A stretch of DNA of 63,175 bases, the filler included, from Rhabdomonas costata (taxonomy: Eukaryota), in the NCBI GenBank assembly GCA_019059605.1. It is 20 parts of 20 records of this genome, joined end to end, with 100 filler letters (N's around TTAATTAATTAA, not from the genome) between each part and the next. Parts side by side here need not be neighbours in the genome. Positions count along the whole stretch, not along the records: positions 9,559 to 12,621 come from JAHMHO010001459.1; positions 12,722 to 15,782 come from JAHMHO010001460.1; positions 15,883 to 18,937 come from JAHMHO010001461.1; positions 19,038 to 22,096 come from JAHMHO010001462.1; positions 22,197 to 25,256 come from JAHMHO010001463.1; positions 25,357 to 28,419 come from JAHMHO010001464.1; 14 more parts are not named here. One strand, given 5' to 3'. This document shows positions 12,061 to 25,408 of the stretch, piece by piece. The first letter of the stretch is position 1; each line of letters opens with the position of its first letter. The position numbers and the translations under genes are program-made. The notes beneath the pieces were generated by a model. The model made no database searches. It saw only the letters and a program-made list of their open reading frames with translations, and was not told the DNA's origin.

Positions 12061-14902
12061 GGGCCCAACGTGGCGTGCCATCTTCCACCGGAATATTGGC
12101 GTTGCTGATGGATCCATCGCCCTTTGGCTCCTGTGGGCTTGTCTGTAGCCATCGCCGCCTGTCTTGGGTGACAGAATTCCAACCCCGCGATCGTGGTTGA
12201 TGAGTGAGCAAGGACACCGGATGGGCGCCTTTGGGTGTCGGGGACTCGGCTGGAGCTCTTCTGAGCCTTCATTTGGAATGAACGTGGAGAAGGCCCCCAC
12301 AGTTTGTCTGCTATATTGTACTGCTGCGTGACGGTGACAAGCACCGGTTCCTGTTCTTGAAGAACCCTTCTGGCCGAGCTTTAGCAATTTGCCCTAGCGC
12401 CCTAGCATTTGCCGAGAGGGCTGCCCGGAAGGCTTAGGCCGCCCGATAACCCCCCCTCCCCCCAAAAAACTAGAAATTCGGAAAGGCAAGGGTTCACCTG
12501 CCCGCAGATACTTGCGATTGCGTCTCATGCTGAAGGTGACGTGAGTGAAAATGGGCAACCCGGCTCGAAGCTGGCGCTTGAAAGCGTGATGACCGCACGC
12601 TGTTGTTTCTGCCACAAACACNNNNNNNNNNNNNNNNNNNNNNNNNNNNNNNNNNNNNNNNNNNNTTAATTAATTAANNNNNNNNNNNNNNNNNNNNNNN
12701 NNNNNNNNNNNNNNNNNNNNNGGTGGTGTGTGGAACACCCGCTACTTGGCCCTTTTCTGTGGAACACCCGCTACTTGTTCTCATCTTCTCATGTGAGCCG
12801 CGGGGGATAGGGTGGTGAAGAGAATGTCCGCACCAACTTTCAAACGCGGGAGAGTGACTTCTGCGCTCAAGGGCAGTCTCACCTCGAGAAACGGGCGCAG
12901 GGCTTCGGTCCACGCGCGTGCCGAAGGTCAACTGTGAGGGCTAACTGACCGTAACTGACGTCTGACAACTGAGGAGGGCAGAATGTGATCGCCTCGAACG
13001 ACGTCGACAGGAAAGAGGAAAGATGCGCAGCCGGAGGTGTTTACCAACCTGGTTGCACCAGCCTCAAAGCCTCAAAGTTCAAATGTGGGGGTGCTCAATG
13101 TTCAATCCAATTCAATGTAAACAGTTCAAAGTTCACAAAAGTACAAAATCCACAGCAAAACATAAAAAAACTTCAAAACCGGACCAAAATTTCACGTCGA
13201 ACGTCGAATTTCAGAGTTCAACCCCAGCGGTGGTGGCTATGTTGGTTGGAATGCGGGTTTCCCAAGTGGAAGTGAATATGAAACCGGCGCTCCACAGCCG
13301 AGGCGAAATCCCACACTCTCATTTCGTCTGCCTGATAGTGCCTGAAAGGGGCTGCCTCTTGTTGTACCTTTAGCTTCACCACACCCGTCGCGAGCTTCTT
13401 CTGCCCACGTTTTCTCCTGTTGGGGAGAGCCTCTCTGGTAAAATACCACAAGAAGCACACGGGAAAAAGTTGACACAACCCAGGATATGCCGCACAAAGG
13501 GAAAGAGTTACGTCAGTGGAGAAGGCCAGCGTCCTCCCCAAAAGAGCACATGTAACTTTTGCAAACAGTTACAGGAGGTGAACAAACCACACTATTTAAA
13601 CTAATTTCTTCAAGTTTAGGTTCAATCACAACTTTAAAGTTCATTGAGCTTAATCCGAGGGCAGGTTGAATGTCTGTAAAGTTGGAGCATAGAAACTTGG
13701 TTTCAAAACAATTGTCAATCGATTCTCATATTACAGAATTTCCGATTACAAAAATTTAAATCGGGAATTTTTGTTTCGACACCTTGTTTTGACCAGCGGT
13801 CTTCTTGGAATCCATAAGGAACGAACCAAACACGCGCAGCAAGCAAAACTGCAACTGTGCAGACCTCAAAGTTTTGAAGAATTCCAATTAAATTCATTTA
13901 TATTACTTATATTATTTTTGCGAGGTTGCAGAATCAAAGGCAACGAAGTTTCTTTTTTGCATAAATGCATCCCAAAAAGTATCCCACAGTGCATCCCAAG
14001 AAGCAAATACTTTATGTAGTTAATATAAGTGCATTTATGTCAAACTTTGCTGTTGGGTGGGGAGGTTTGGGTTGCAATGGGTTGGGTTGCGTTGGGCTTG
14101 TTAAAAACACGTGCAACAACATTAGCAAGAAGCGACATGCACTCATTGGCGTTGCACAAACCCGGGATAACAGAATTATTGCAGGGGTTTGGGTGGCGAG
14201 GCAATTACAAGGCGACGGCAAAGTGGGGTCAGCACCTTACCCAGGGTTACCCAGGGTTAGGCAACTTAATTCAGCTCTGGGGTTTTGCTCGGTGGAATCT
14301 TTCAGTTTGGTGGCTTTTATCGTCACTTCTTGGCTTAATTTATATGGCAGCGGTGCACTAGACGGGCCCAAAGAAGAAAATATTTTCCTCGCTAGGGGTT
14401 AGGACGAGTTAGGACGACTTGCACATGCGGGGGGGTCTCAGGCGGAGCCGCACAGAAGAGCGCACAGCCAGTCAAGGAAGTAACCGTCCTTGATACACTG
14501 TAGCATTGAGCAGCGTCCTCCCACAGTTTCTCCAAATCAAACAAAGTAATCATGGCTAAAAGGGAAAGAAAACACCTAACCCGAGGAAAGTTGAAGAGGG
14601 AACCCAGCCAGCGGGCGGAGAGGTTTGAAAGCGGAGGTGGCTTCCCCCACCCCCCCAAAAGGCGTGCAATTCAATGTGCCATCGCCAAGATTGCAATCCC
14701 CCTTCACTGTGCAATACTCCCACCCTTGACTGCACACCGGGCTCATCTGCCCGCTCCTCGCTGCGGAGAACACAAAAACTGGGAGTCGTTTCTTTCTCAG
14801 TGCCACTGTCACCCACCCACCACAAAGGCAACGCGGAAAATTTTTCATGAAATTTGAAATCTAAATTTAAGCAGAAAACGACTGCTTTTATACGGCGCTT
14901 TG

Positions 14903-15441
14903 ATGGCGTTTCGGCAGATGCCCATCGGCGTCTGTATTACAGGTGGTGTATTGGGGGTGTCCTTTTTCTACGTCCTTCTCTCAGGTGAGTTCTTCTTCTC
15001 CACTTGTGACAACGTTTCTTTGCATGTTTTTGTGTTGAAACCCTGTGAAAATGACGGACTTCCGTGAAGACGAACGAAAGGTCAATAACGGCGAAGGTTC
15101 TGCGACTTTAAATTTGCTCTGTTCGACTTTGACAAACAAAGATGGGAACCAAGTTGAAGGGCAAAGGGCGGTTTGGGGCTAGTTGCACCGTTGCCAAGTG
15201 TTCATAGCGACAGTGTATGGTGAATGAACACCAGCCAGCCCTACATTGCTCTTGTGCAGATGAAGATGTCCTCTGCCTCTTGGAGGCGGAAACCACTGGA
15301 AGACTAGAGGTTTCCACTGAAGAGGCTGCGACCCGAAGCCGTGCCGTACGTTCGGCGACGCTCTCTGCACTGCTCCTTCTCAACACCTGGCAAAGCCGAG
15401 CCCGCGGGGAACTTGAGCGGTTTCAGCAGCAAGAGCGAAGC
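14903..15441 (+). CDS. Hypothetical signal-anchored protein with a coiled-coil segment, 5' exons
   Basis: Exon 14903-14984 (MAFRQMPIGVCITGGVLGVSFFYVLLS, GTGAGT donor) joins in phase to the exon starting at 15260 (DEDVLCLLEAETTGRLEVSTEEAATRSR...). The 3' end of exon 2 is uncertain. Confidence 0.5.
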
Positions 15442-17329
15442 GTTCTTGTCCTCATTGTATTAGCCCCCCGCCCCCCCCCCTCTCACGTCAGGAAGCTTGC
15501 ACGAAATTCTCAACAGAACCATCTTCAGGCTCAATGCCTGCCACCGCACTTCGCAATTTTTTTTTTGCCCCTTTTCCGAATCTCCCCGCGAGAACTCGTC
15601 ACGCCCCCCGCATTTTTTAAAGGGTTTTCCAGGAGTTAGGTTTTAGATGTCAGCTGCGGATAGATTTTCCCTCCGCTGTGCAGCAGAAAGTTTAATTTTT
15701 TTTCTTGGCTTTTTTTCTTGGCTTTTTTCTTTTCGTTTCCCAGGCCGATGAAGCAGGCGACCGGGTAGACGAAAACAAAACANNNNNNNNNNNNNNNNNN
15801 NNNNNNNNNNNNNNNNNNNNNNNNNNTTAATTAATTAANNNNNNNNNNNNNNNNNNNNNNNNNNNNNNNNNNNNNNNNNNNNGTTGTTTTTTTCATTTCA
15901 TTCACATTATCATTGTCTTTGATTCAGTGATTGAAAGACCAAGCATGGTTTGTCAAGTTCACGCTTACCATGACCAGCAACGTGGAGCAGTGCGACTTCT
16001 TGTTCAAATGGCGGCGCACTCTTCGTTACATTCCAGTGACATGGTAGGAGTACGGTTTCAATCAGGCGTCCATGAATGAGATTGTTGCCAAGATTTTTGA
16101 ACCTTTACGCCACGTCAATTTGGATTTCTTTTGTTGAAAACGGCTCAGAAAGTGGTGGTGTTACACGCCACAGCTGGGGAGTCATTCCACGCGGTTATAC
16201 TTTAACTTTCTAGACACGTGCACTGTAAAGTGCTTGTCCCATAACACCAAGAGCCTCGTGTCCTTCTGAGCACGGTTTCTGAGCAAAACCATGCCATCTG
16301 CCACACAATCTCTCTTTTTCCAATCCGGCATGCGACTTGATCTCTGTCCAAAGCGACTATTAAAGCGACTATTTCCACTGTCTGCGTCGCCGAAATTTCC
16401 CCGGACCATCACCTTCCACTTGTGAACGCAAACATGAACTGCTCCATCAAAGCAGTGATTCAGGCACTTGTGTGGTGAAGACCCATCCTTCCGGAATTCA
16501 CCGCCGCATTTACAAAGTACTCGGCTAGCAAGAAGAATGTTTCGTTGAATTTTCACAAACTAAATATAACCTCTGCAGAGGACATGGACACGATGTTCTA
16601 CGACTTGAAGCCAACGTGTGGCACTGATCTTTTTCAAGATGCCCAGCTTCTCTTGATGGCTCTTGGGAGACTTTTTAATCATTCCTGATGATGCGTATGT
16701 GAGGCACAAGGGGCTTTTGTACCAAGTAGGTCATCTAAAAGTTCTCGGTGGCTGCCATCTCCTCTGACGCTGAAAATGAGTTGTGCCAGTGGCTGCGGAT
16801 ACAGGTGACTGGGATGATGGAACCGGGGCGGTTCTGCTTTGGAGGAAGGCTGTGGAGGAGGCGCCAGGGGCTGATGTGAAAGAAGCTGGAGTCATTAGTC
16901 AGTGGTCAGTGAGCCCGTCCTGTTCATGGAGGTGCTGAGTGGTGGCTGTAAGTATTACGTGGTGCCGTTGGCAGCACGCGGTGATGCGAAGAGTGTAGGG
17001 TCGGTTGTGTTGGCAGGGACCGCAGAGTGTGGCGGAATGGACCGCGCAGATGAGAGGCATCAGCTACAATGCTGGTTCAGCAGGGATTCAGGCGGTGGGC
17101 AAGGTGTGGACTGCCTCAAGCCAGCCGCTTGCCGATGCTTCGGAGGGCGTGAATAGGTGGAGGCCGCAGGGGCTGGCTGTAGATGATCCTGGTGGGACGG
17201 AGCTGCTGTTACTGCTACTATTTGGCTTGCTCTTCAATACTTCTTGTCTTTGACTCTGTTCCGTGCCTCCGCGTTGGAAAGTCCACCATGAGAACCGTTT
17301 ACTGTGCTCTACTGGTCTGCCGCTGCGAG

Positions 17330-17900
17330 CCTCAGCTTCCAATCTGGCTTCCGTCACAGGTGAGAGCAAAACATATTGGTGAACAGTTTATCGAACGACA
17401 TTACCCTTTCGACATTCAGGGAACTGGGAGAAATGATGCAATGGCCGAACGTAAAGGCTGCAAATGCACAAAAAGCGGAACAAACACACAGAAGTGAAGA
17501 AGAAAAAAGATGTTACACTGAGGTTTGCGGATGGTCCAAGAGATTGAGAGTGACAAGGCTTGCTGTTTCCTGGTAAGATGCATCACCCCCAGGCGATGGC
17601 GGTGCTTTTCGGTGGCGCCGCTCAGCTGGAATCAAATCGGGGGCCCCAGAGGGACCGTTCTAAATAAAGAATATACCGACCGTCGATGCCAGTCTATACC
17701 CACCCACCCAAGACTCACGTTCCAAGCGTCGGGATAAAACGAACGCTTCGTATATTTCACATAACGCGTTCGGCGGGACAACGTTCTCCGTCCCAGAACT
17801 GCCGAAATAGTCACGCCAGTAGTAGGGAACCTTGACAGCCCCACACAAATCAACCACATTGCTGCAGTGTACCCCATGAGTATCAGGTAACATGGGTCAA
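17330..17900 (-). mobile_element. Possible decayed LTR/DIRS-type retroelement pol fragment (RT end plus RNase H start)
   Basis: Frameshifted pieces occur in the expected order: KYTKRSFYPDAWNVSLGWVG (cf. K.KC.F....V.FLG), RHRLGV (cf. R.FLG) and FALTCDGSQIG (cf. RNase H F.L.TDAS..G). No clean YxDD motif is present. Confidence 0.3.
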
Positions 17901-19147
17901 GGAGACAGACTTCCAGACAGAAAGTTGAATAGACTGACTAAGTGACTAGCAGTCCACCCAGTGCATGACATATCGGTCACCAGTAAAAGAAACAGATTAT
18001 TTCTTCTGATTCGAGACATCACTAGCAATCCCCTTTGTGGAGTGTGGCTGCTGGAGGTCGGCTGAATATGATGCACCCTTGCTGTAGTTCGTAGAGGAGG
18101 TGAAGCAGCAGCAGTGTGGATGGATGAAAATGGGCAGAGTAAATTTATTCAAAAAGTGTGAACGCAATAATAATGGCGAAGGGTGTGAAAAAAAGCGGCG
18201 TACCGGCATTGAAGAGCGCCTCAGGGGAAGGTTTTCGGAGAAGGCCCGGGTGAACGGCAGCTTCTCGTGCAGCAAAGGAGGACACCCGCAACGCGCGCAT
18301 TCCCCAGGGACATACTTCTCGCACCCACCACCGCAGAACTGGCAGCGCCGGCGGCCCGCTGAACAGAGCCACCCCCCTCAAATAGAGTGCACACGCGATT
18401 CTAAAACAAACAAATCGCATCACTGTTACCGCCGCCATTGCTGCGCCATTGCTCCTCCTCTTCAAACATCACTTGGGAAACAACTCACTATGACCACCCC
18501 TACCAAACCCCACGTCACCCAACAGCATTTTATCGGAATAGTTAAGGGCAATGCGGAAGCCACAGAACCTGGATATGATTCCTTCGAATCAGAGCTCCTG
18601 AGCTGTACCCACAGGATGTACCGGTATGTGTCGACGGGTGGGTGTGCTGAAGCTTTGTGTGAAAGAATGACACGCCTCAAGGGTCTCAATGGACACCCCA
18701 AATACCTTTACAAACAGAAGCCAATTCAGCACCTTAGAAATGCGTCAAAGTAAGTCGACCAGACTCTGTACAGGCCGGAATGAGAGATGGATTGGGAGTA
18801 GGACCATAGCAGAGAGAGCAGAGAGAAGACAGGTGCACTCGTCATGCGAGCCCAGTAAAAAACCGATGTGACAATCCGCCACCTTCCTCCAGCACCTTCC
18901 CTTACCCTTCACACTCCAGCGCCCCTCACCCCCCCCCNNNNNNNNNNNNNNNNNNNNNNNNNNNNNNNNNNNNNNNNNNNNTTAATTAATTAANNNNNNN
19001 NNNNNNNNNNNNNNNNNNNNNNNNNNNNNNNNNNNNNGTGTGGTGGTCGTTGCGTTTGCTTCTGGCTTCCTTCCCTTGTGGTGTAGCGTCACATTGCGGC
19101 TTGCCCCCGGCTTGGATGCCCTTCTCCTTTGATTTTTCTTGCCGCAG

Positions 19148-22037
19148 ATCCCCGTGCCCGTGGAGATCACGAGGCAGGTGCAGGTCCCCGTGCCCGTTGA
19201 GGCCGTCCGTGAAGTGGAGCAGCTCACCCCCTTCGAGGTCACCTTGGAGCAGGTCACTCACTCCCACACTCTCATACGCATGCACTGCTTGCGTGAAGGC
19301 ATACTTTTGTTAGGAGATGCTCTTCGGAGAGTTTTTTTGGAGTCCCCGTCCCGCTTGCGTGGCCGGCGGCTTTTGGGGTAATCATTATGCACCCTTCTGT
19401 TTTGCGGAGGTCCTCAGTAAACATCGCTGTAACATTAGAACCACGAAATTGACGGTCAACAACCTTCTGAACGGCATAAAGTTTCACACGGTGTTGAGAA
19501 CCAGAAAGCCCTGAGTGAGGCCATTTTCATCAATCTGGTGAAGCGAAGAATAACATCTCGTGGTGCTTGGGCGGATCGGAGCTCACATCACGGATAAGCC
19601 CATCCTTTGCCAAAACTACTCTTGTTTTGGTCTGTGTGACTGGAACTGGGACTTACCATCGTAACATTGATCACTACCCATTCTGATGTCCTAGTGCCAT
19701 TGAGCCCACTTTACATCATAGGCGAGAATTGGAAACCATTGGAAACCTAGTGGAGACGCGGCGGCTGGCATACCATAAAATGGCAACGGGAGGACGTCCA
19801 CTGATCAGAAGGTTAGATGGATGCAGCTTACTGCTGGCCAACTTGCTTAGTGTGATTCAGGAAGCTGATAGGCATAACGTTTTTGTGGAGCCAACCTGTT
19901 GACGACTTGTCGATGTTTCTGTGTGCTGTGAATATCAGACCGTGCAGATTGAGCGCCCCGTTCTGGTGACGGAACCCGTGTCCGTTCCCGTGCCCATCGA
20001 GCAGATCGTGCCCGAGTTCAAGCCCGTTCCCGTGGAGCGGGTGATCCAGAGGCAGGTTGTTGTCAGGCTCCTTCGCATTCATTCCGATCGTCCACACGTT
20101 ATAATCACTCAGCCATCAATCGCCTACGTGAAATGTTAAGGTTATTCCATTCGGAAACAAGGACCGAGTCTGTGACATCACGAAGTTTTTCTTCCCGCAT
20201 GTTACTCCCGCTGGTCTGGGTTTGTTGTCTCTGAATAAAGTCGCAGAACCCCCCAGCTGGACGGCATAGCTTAGCGCACAAAGGTGCGTCGTGAAATAAA
20301 AGTATGGTTGCGCTCCCGAGGCTCGCTAACTTTTCTGGACAGAAACTGCCATTTGTCCACCCCCCCCGCATCGTTTTGGGGATACGGTGCAAGAGTAACT
20401 TTCCGGCCGAGAGCCTGAGTTTTGGCCCACTTGATACAGAGTAGCATTTCACCATGGAGCGTATCCTATTGTTTGCTGTCCCGTGCTAACCCATCCCCCA
20501 ATGACCCGCCCTCAATGAGGGGGGAATCCCAAAGCTACTCGGATTCTCTGCTCTGCCAGTGGTAGGTCCTCGTGCTGTGCTGGGAGGGTCCTTTCCTCTT
20601 TTTTTATCTTGTGGACAGGTGCCCCAGCCCAAGGAGCAGATCATTGAGACGGTGGTGAAGATCCCGCGCCAGGTCGTGCAGACCATCACCCAGCAGGTAT
20701 CTCTCTGTGGTTGCGCGGAGGGGGGGGGGTGAAGGTGGACGCAGGCTAGCATGACTCTCAACCGACCAGTAGCCACCTCTTGCATTCGGAGGGCACTGTC
20801 GACTGCCTAAGGGTTTCTGTTCGACTGGTCTACTGGTACTTCCGACAATGAGGTTATCTCCACCGGAAACTGGAAGGTACATACACCCCCCCGATGGCAC
20901 TGTAGCATTCTATTGAGAATGCGGTACAGACGCAAGGTCTGGACTGAGAACCTGAGTTCTGTCCATGTGACAAAAAGTCTCAGTTTACGGTAGAGTCTAC
21001 TTTAATATTGTGGGGAATGTTGGCGGTTCCATGTGGAGGACCTGCACTAGCCCGGCACTAGCCCGGCTCCGCCCGCGTGTGTGCAGGGCGTCCTAACCCC
21101 CTGCAAGGTAAATACCTTCATCCAAAGTATGCCGGGTTAGTGCAGCAGCGCCTTTTTTTTTCTGTTTTGGAGATTGTTGGTTTCAGCCTATGGGAACGTT
21201 GTGCTTTGGGGTTGGGTCTCCCAAGGTCCCAGCTTCCAGAGGGCGCTATTCTTCGTAACTTGAGGATGGGGTGGTGCGGTGAGGATGATTCCAGAATTAT
21301 TGTGGGTGGGAGGATACGAACTTCGCTCCCGATGGATGCTGTGTGTGGTGGCGGTGCGTGGGCCAGGTGCCGTACCAAGTGGATCAGTTCGTTACCGTTG
21401 ATGTGCCCTTCCCCGTGATTGAGATCGTCGAGAAGATCATCGAGCGCACGGTGTTTGTTTCTGCATCTCTCAGTCGTGTGCGCCCGCGTGGTTGCGAATT
21501 CAACGACCCGCTGGTCATAGTACCCTCTCCAGACCTACAGACCTGCAGACCTACCCTCGATCCAAACTTCTAACTCAATGCAGACCCTTTTACCGGGTGT
21601 CCCACGAAATTTCACGGTATATTGTTCGCCTGCTGTTTTTGTGCAAATCCAAGGGTTAATAACAAGCAGCTAACATTGCGCTGATGTACCAGGTGTACCC
21701 AGCATTCCAACGTGACCACAGTGCCATTATATTTGGTGTGTATTTGGTGGTGTGTGCAGTTTTTTCTTCACAAAATGCCAATTCCTGCGTTTTGCATTGC
21801 ACTGTAGTACTCCCGTGTTCTTCAGTCCAAACCGCCATCAATAAAATTTCCGCGTATTCACTGCTCCCACCACAAACATGGAGCATGATTCCCTGAGGGC
21901 TGAAAGCTCTGCTGCCGTGGCGTTACTCATATACGCTCCTTGATTTAATCCCTGCAGGTCCCGGAGAAGTACCAGGTTCAGGTCACCTACCCCGTGGAAG
22001 TCACCGTGCAGGTCACAGTGGAGAAGATCATCGAGAG
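19148..22037 (+). CDS. Articulin/epiplasmin-type pellicle (membrane-skeleton) protein, five internal exons
   Basis: Exons 19148-19252, 19939-20055, 20619-20696, 21367-21450 and 21958-22037 give IPVPVEITRQVQVPVPVEAVREVEQ.../TVQIERPVLVTEPVSVPVPIEQIV.../VPQPKEQIIETVVKIP.../VPYQVDQFVTVDVPFPVIEIVEKIIERT/VPEKYQVQVTYPVEVTVQVTVEKIIER. VPVPV and VEKIIE repeats are diagnostic. All introns are GT-AG. Confidence 0.9.
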
Positions 22038-22196
22038 GTTTGTACCCGTGTGCAACGTCTATGTGTGCGCGTGTGTGTGCTGCCTTTTTTGTATCGNNNN
22101 NNNNNNNNNNNNNNNNNNNNNNNNNNNNNNNNNNNNNNNNTTAATTAATTAANNNNNNNNNNNNNNNNNNNNNNNNNNNNNNNNNNNNNNNNNNNN

Positions 22197-22794
22197 TTTT
22201 GGTGGTTCTGCCTCCCCTGGAATGATCACTTCAATAAAGGGCTCCTTCAGGACAGTGGGTTCCATTAGCTTCGCGATGGGGTCAGCGGGCGTGTTTGCAT
22301 TAGGTTTGGCGCCTCTTGACGATTTCGGTGAGATCGGCCGTGCCTGTATGCCACCGTGCGTGAAAAGAAACGAAAAGAAGAAAAACACAAATGAACGAAA
22401 CGTACTCAATGAATTGGGTCCGTTGGGAAGGGAATTGGAGTGGAGGGATACCTTTACAGAACTCTCGACCGCCGCGACGGCGTCCTGGAGTAAAAAGAAT
22501 ATACAGACAAAATTTGCAACTTCTTGAAGGCAAAGTAATCCAGGGAAGGTTTGGACTTTCTGCACACCGCTTGCTGGCGAGAAGATTCAGCAGCAGCAAG
22601 CTCAGATGACGTCAAGACCCTCGTCTTCAGACTTCCTGCGCCACGGCCACGTCAACAAAAAACCACCAAAAAATATTCCCCGGGAATATCCCATAACTAG
22701 TCATAGTGGTCACACCGTTCAGCGTCAGAGCTACGACCCGGAGGTCCTCCACTGGCTCCTCGACGGGAGCTACTTTCGCGCCTTTGGAGGCCAT
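22197..22794 (-). CDS. Hypothetical protein, 5' four exons
   Basis: Exons 22794-22716, 22635-22568, 22484-22452 and 22343-22197 splice in phase across short GT-AG introns (80, 83 and 108 nt): MASKGAKVAPVEEPVEDLRVVALTLNGSLKTRVLTSSELAAAESSRQQADAVAAVESSVKARPISPK... Confidence 0.7.
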
Positions 22795-24029
22795 TGCGAA
22801 CAGAACTTCACGGTATCCAAGGGTCAAAAAACCATGACACGCATTTACAAGGAGCAAACACGGACACAGATAGTGCTACAACATAAAAGACGGCAAGAGA
22901 GAGTAGTCCGGCCAGGAGAGCGAAAATCCAAAACCCCACCACCACCACCAAGATAGATTTGACCCACGTCATTCAATTTTTTTTCAGAATTTCTTTTTAC
23001 GGTTTTCTGAGGCCGGCGAGAACAGTTTGGGCTGAGATCTGTCTTGATTTCGAAGAAAGATAAAGAAGAGAGCTTCACACAGTCGTACATGCCATTGAGG
23101 TATGAAATCAATTGCGAAACTTCTTTTCTTTGCATTTCCGGCCAAGTAGATATGAATCTTCTGACCTTACGCTTGCGCGGTTTCAGAACAAAGCTCGTTC
23201 AAGTGCACTGAAAATCACAACATTAGAGGGACACAGGTCACGGAACGCCAAGGAGGCTGCATCCAACAACACTGAGAAACAAAGGTGAAGGCCTCCAAAC
23301 ACGAAAAAAAAGACCACGTGGAAGTTGGGTTTGCCACAAGCTAATGTACCAATCATAAGATCGGGTAATCACGTGGTCGCTGGTCCATTCGAGCATTGGC
23401 GCAGAGTCGACGCTTGTGCCATTCTGCACAAAATGCAAATGCATACCCATGCAACCATGCCCACACGTAACGATGCAAATCCATCTAAAGACCATTTCCG
23501 CTACCGCGCAATCCAATTGGGCACTGCACGATCAAAGACACACACATAAATGGGGATCGCTCGATTTCGGGCTTGACCATGATGATGGCGGGTAATAGTG
23601 TACGTTGAGCGCATACGCATACGCATACGATGGAAGGGGCGCGGACGAGGAAGGAGGACCAACACACCTTATTGATATTCAAGCTGGGCGAGTCGTCCTT
23701 TTACTCCCGTAATTATTATTTGCAGGCAGGCGCCCTACAATCTCCCCTCAGCTATAGCCCGACGGGTTCACTGCACAGCATTGGACATAACCAAGCCACA
23801 CCCGTATGCGGCCTGAATCACCTGTCAGTCCCCAAGCAGTGTTGCCATCTCCGGAGCCTCAACTCAATCCCAGAATGAGCACAGAGAAACCATCGACAGC
23901 CTATCCCACAAAATCCACATCCCGCATCCTTCTCCTCTTCATGACGGCAGTGGTGGATGTCTGGGAAACGCGAAGATATGGTGGTAGGGAGAGCGAAAGA
24001 GCTCCTCCGGTGAGGGGCGTGAGACCGAC

Positions 24030-24915
24030 CTGGTGACGAAGGCTGGCACCGTGTGCACTACAGGCTTGAAGGTACAGCCCTCGGTCTCCTTGGCCCGAGC
24101 CTCTTCCTGGGCCAGGCGCTCCCTCTCCTGCCCTCTCTGCTGCATCGCCTTGAGGCGTTTCATGTAGGCCTTGGGGCTGTGCAGTACTTTCAGGCTGCCC
24201 TTGGGCTGCACAACATGGAAAAACACATGCACAGAAATCAGCCTGGCATAAAGAAGGCACAAAAACGCAAGGTCATTGGTCCATTTGGCCCGTTGGCAAA
24301 GGTGTCATTTTCAAGCCCCTATGATCAAAATGTATAAGGAATGCAACGCGGGCAATACAACATACCCTCACACCCCTGAACGCATCACACAACCCACACC
24401 ACAGTATGGGAAATGGACCGTACGGACCTGAGGAGCCAGGGCGTATTGAGTGAGCTCGGGGCGGAAGGTGAGGGCCTTGCTCTCCTGGGCCTCGGCCTGC
24501 TTGCGGAGCTCATCCAAGCGGCGCTTGGCCTTATCAGCGTCGGCGTGGAGCTCGACCACGGTGCGGGCGACACCCTTGGTGAGGTCCTGGGTGCCCTTCG
24601 ACAGGGTTGGACGGAACGGGCACTCCTTCTGCAACCACACCACACACTGCAATTCTTTTTTCCAAGTACGAAGAATCGCGAAAAATGCACTGACATGGCC
24701 TAACCCGCGATTGCCGTCATCTCTTCTCAATCAATTTAAAAAGAGCACATCGCCAAGGGGAGAACAATGTGTGGAATAATGGATGGCGAGAAGGGAGAGG
24801 GAGAGAGAGACGTGGGAGGGAGCGGGACACCTTCATCTTCGCCCGAATCGTTTCCTTCCGCCGGGACACAACCTTCTGATGAAACTGCAGCTGCCGGGCG
24901 TAGAAGTCTGCCGGC
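24030..24915 (-). CDS. Coiled-coil protein with [CL][TP]F[KR]P repeats (probably cytoskeleton-associated), internal exons
   Basis: Exons 24915-24831, 24628-24428 and 24205-24030 are in phase. Motifs ECPFRP, LTFRP and GCTFKP are separated by charged helices. Confidence 0.75.
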
Positions 24916-25408
24916 CTGCAGCATCGCAAAGAAGAGTGGAGAAAAATCACACACCACCCCGCTCCCCAAACGCTTACAGCGGCTTCCACTTCAGCCGCGA
25001 TCCCGAGAGAAAGCCTAAGAATGTATACCACCTGGCAACTCCAGCGTACCCGGTGACTCATCGGAGCATTTTGAGGTCAATTCCCATTGTGCCAGTCTGA
25101 AAATCGCGGGGAGGCCGACACAACAACAATAGCCCAAGATTCCAACCGGTTGTTCAACCCCAGCAGATTACAAAACGCATATTTACTTCATTCCCAACAT
25201 CCAACTCCATTCATAAAGTATGGCAATGCACCCCACACACCAAACACACCCACCACNNNNNNNNNNNNNNNNNNNNNNNNNNNNNNNNNNNNNNNNNNNN
25301 TTAATTAATTAANNNNNNNNNNNNNNNNNNNNNNNNNNNNNNNNNNNNNNNNNNNNGTTGTTGTGGAGCCTCTGGGATGGCTGCAAGTTGTCGTGTTTGA
25401 GCTTTTAG

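Noticed and set aside
12729..12777. 20-bp direct repeat TGTGGAACACCCGCTACTTG x2, CRISPR-like
   Set aside because: There are only two copies with a 9-nt gap at a contig start, no cas genes, and the context is eukaryotic. It is probably a priming artefact or local duplication.
14235..14412. GGGTTA/TTAGG-like motifs suggesting telomeric repeats
   Set aside because: Only scattered, non-tandem copies are present.
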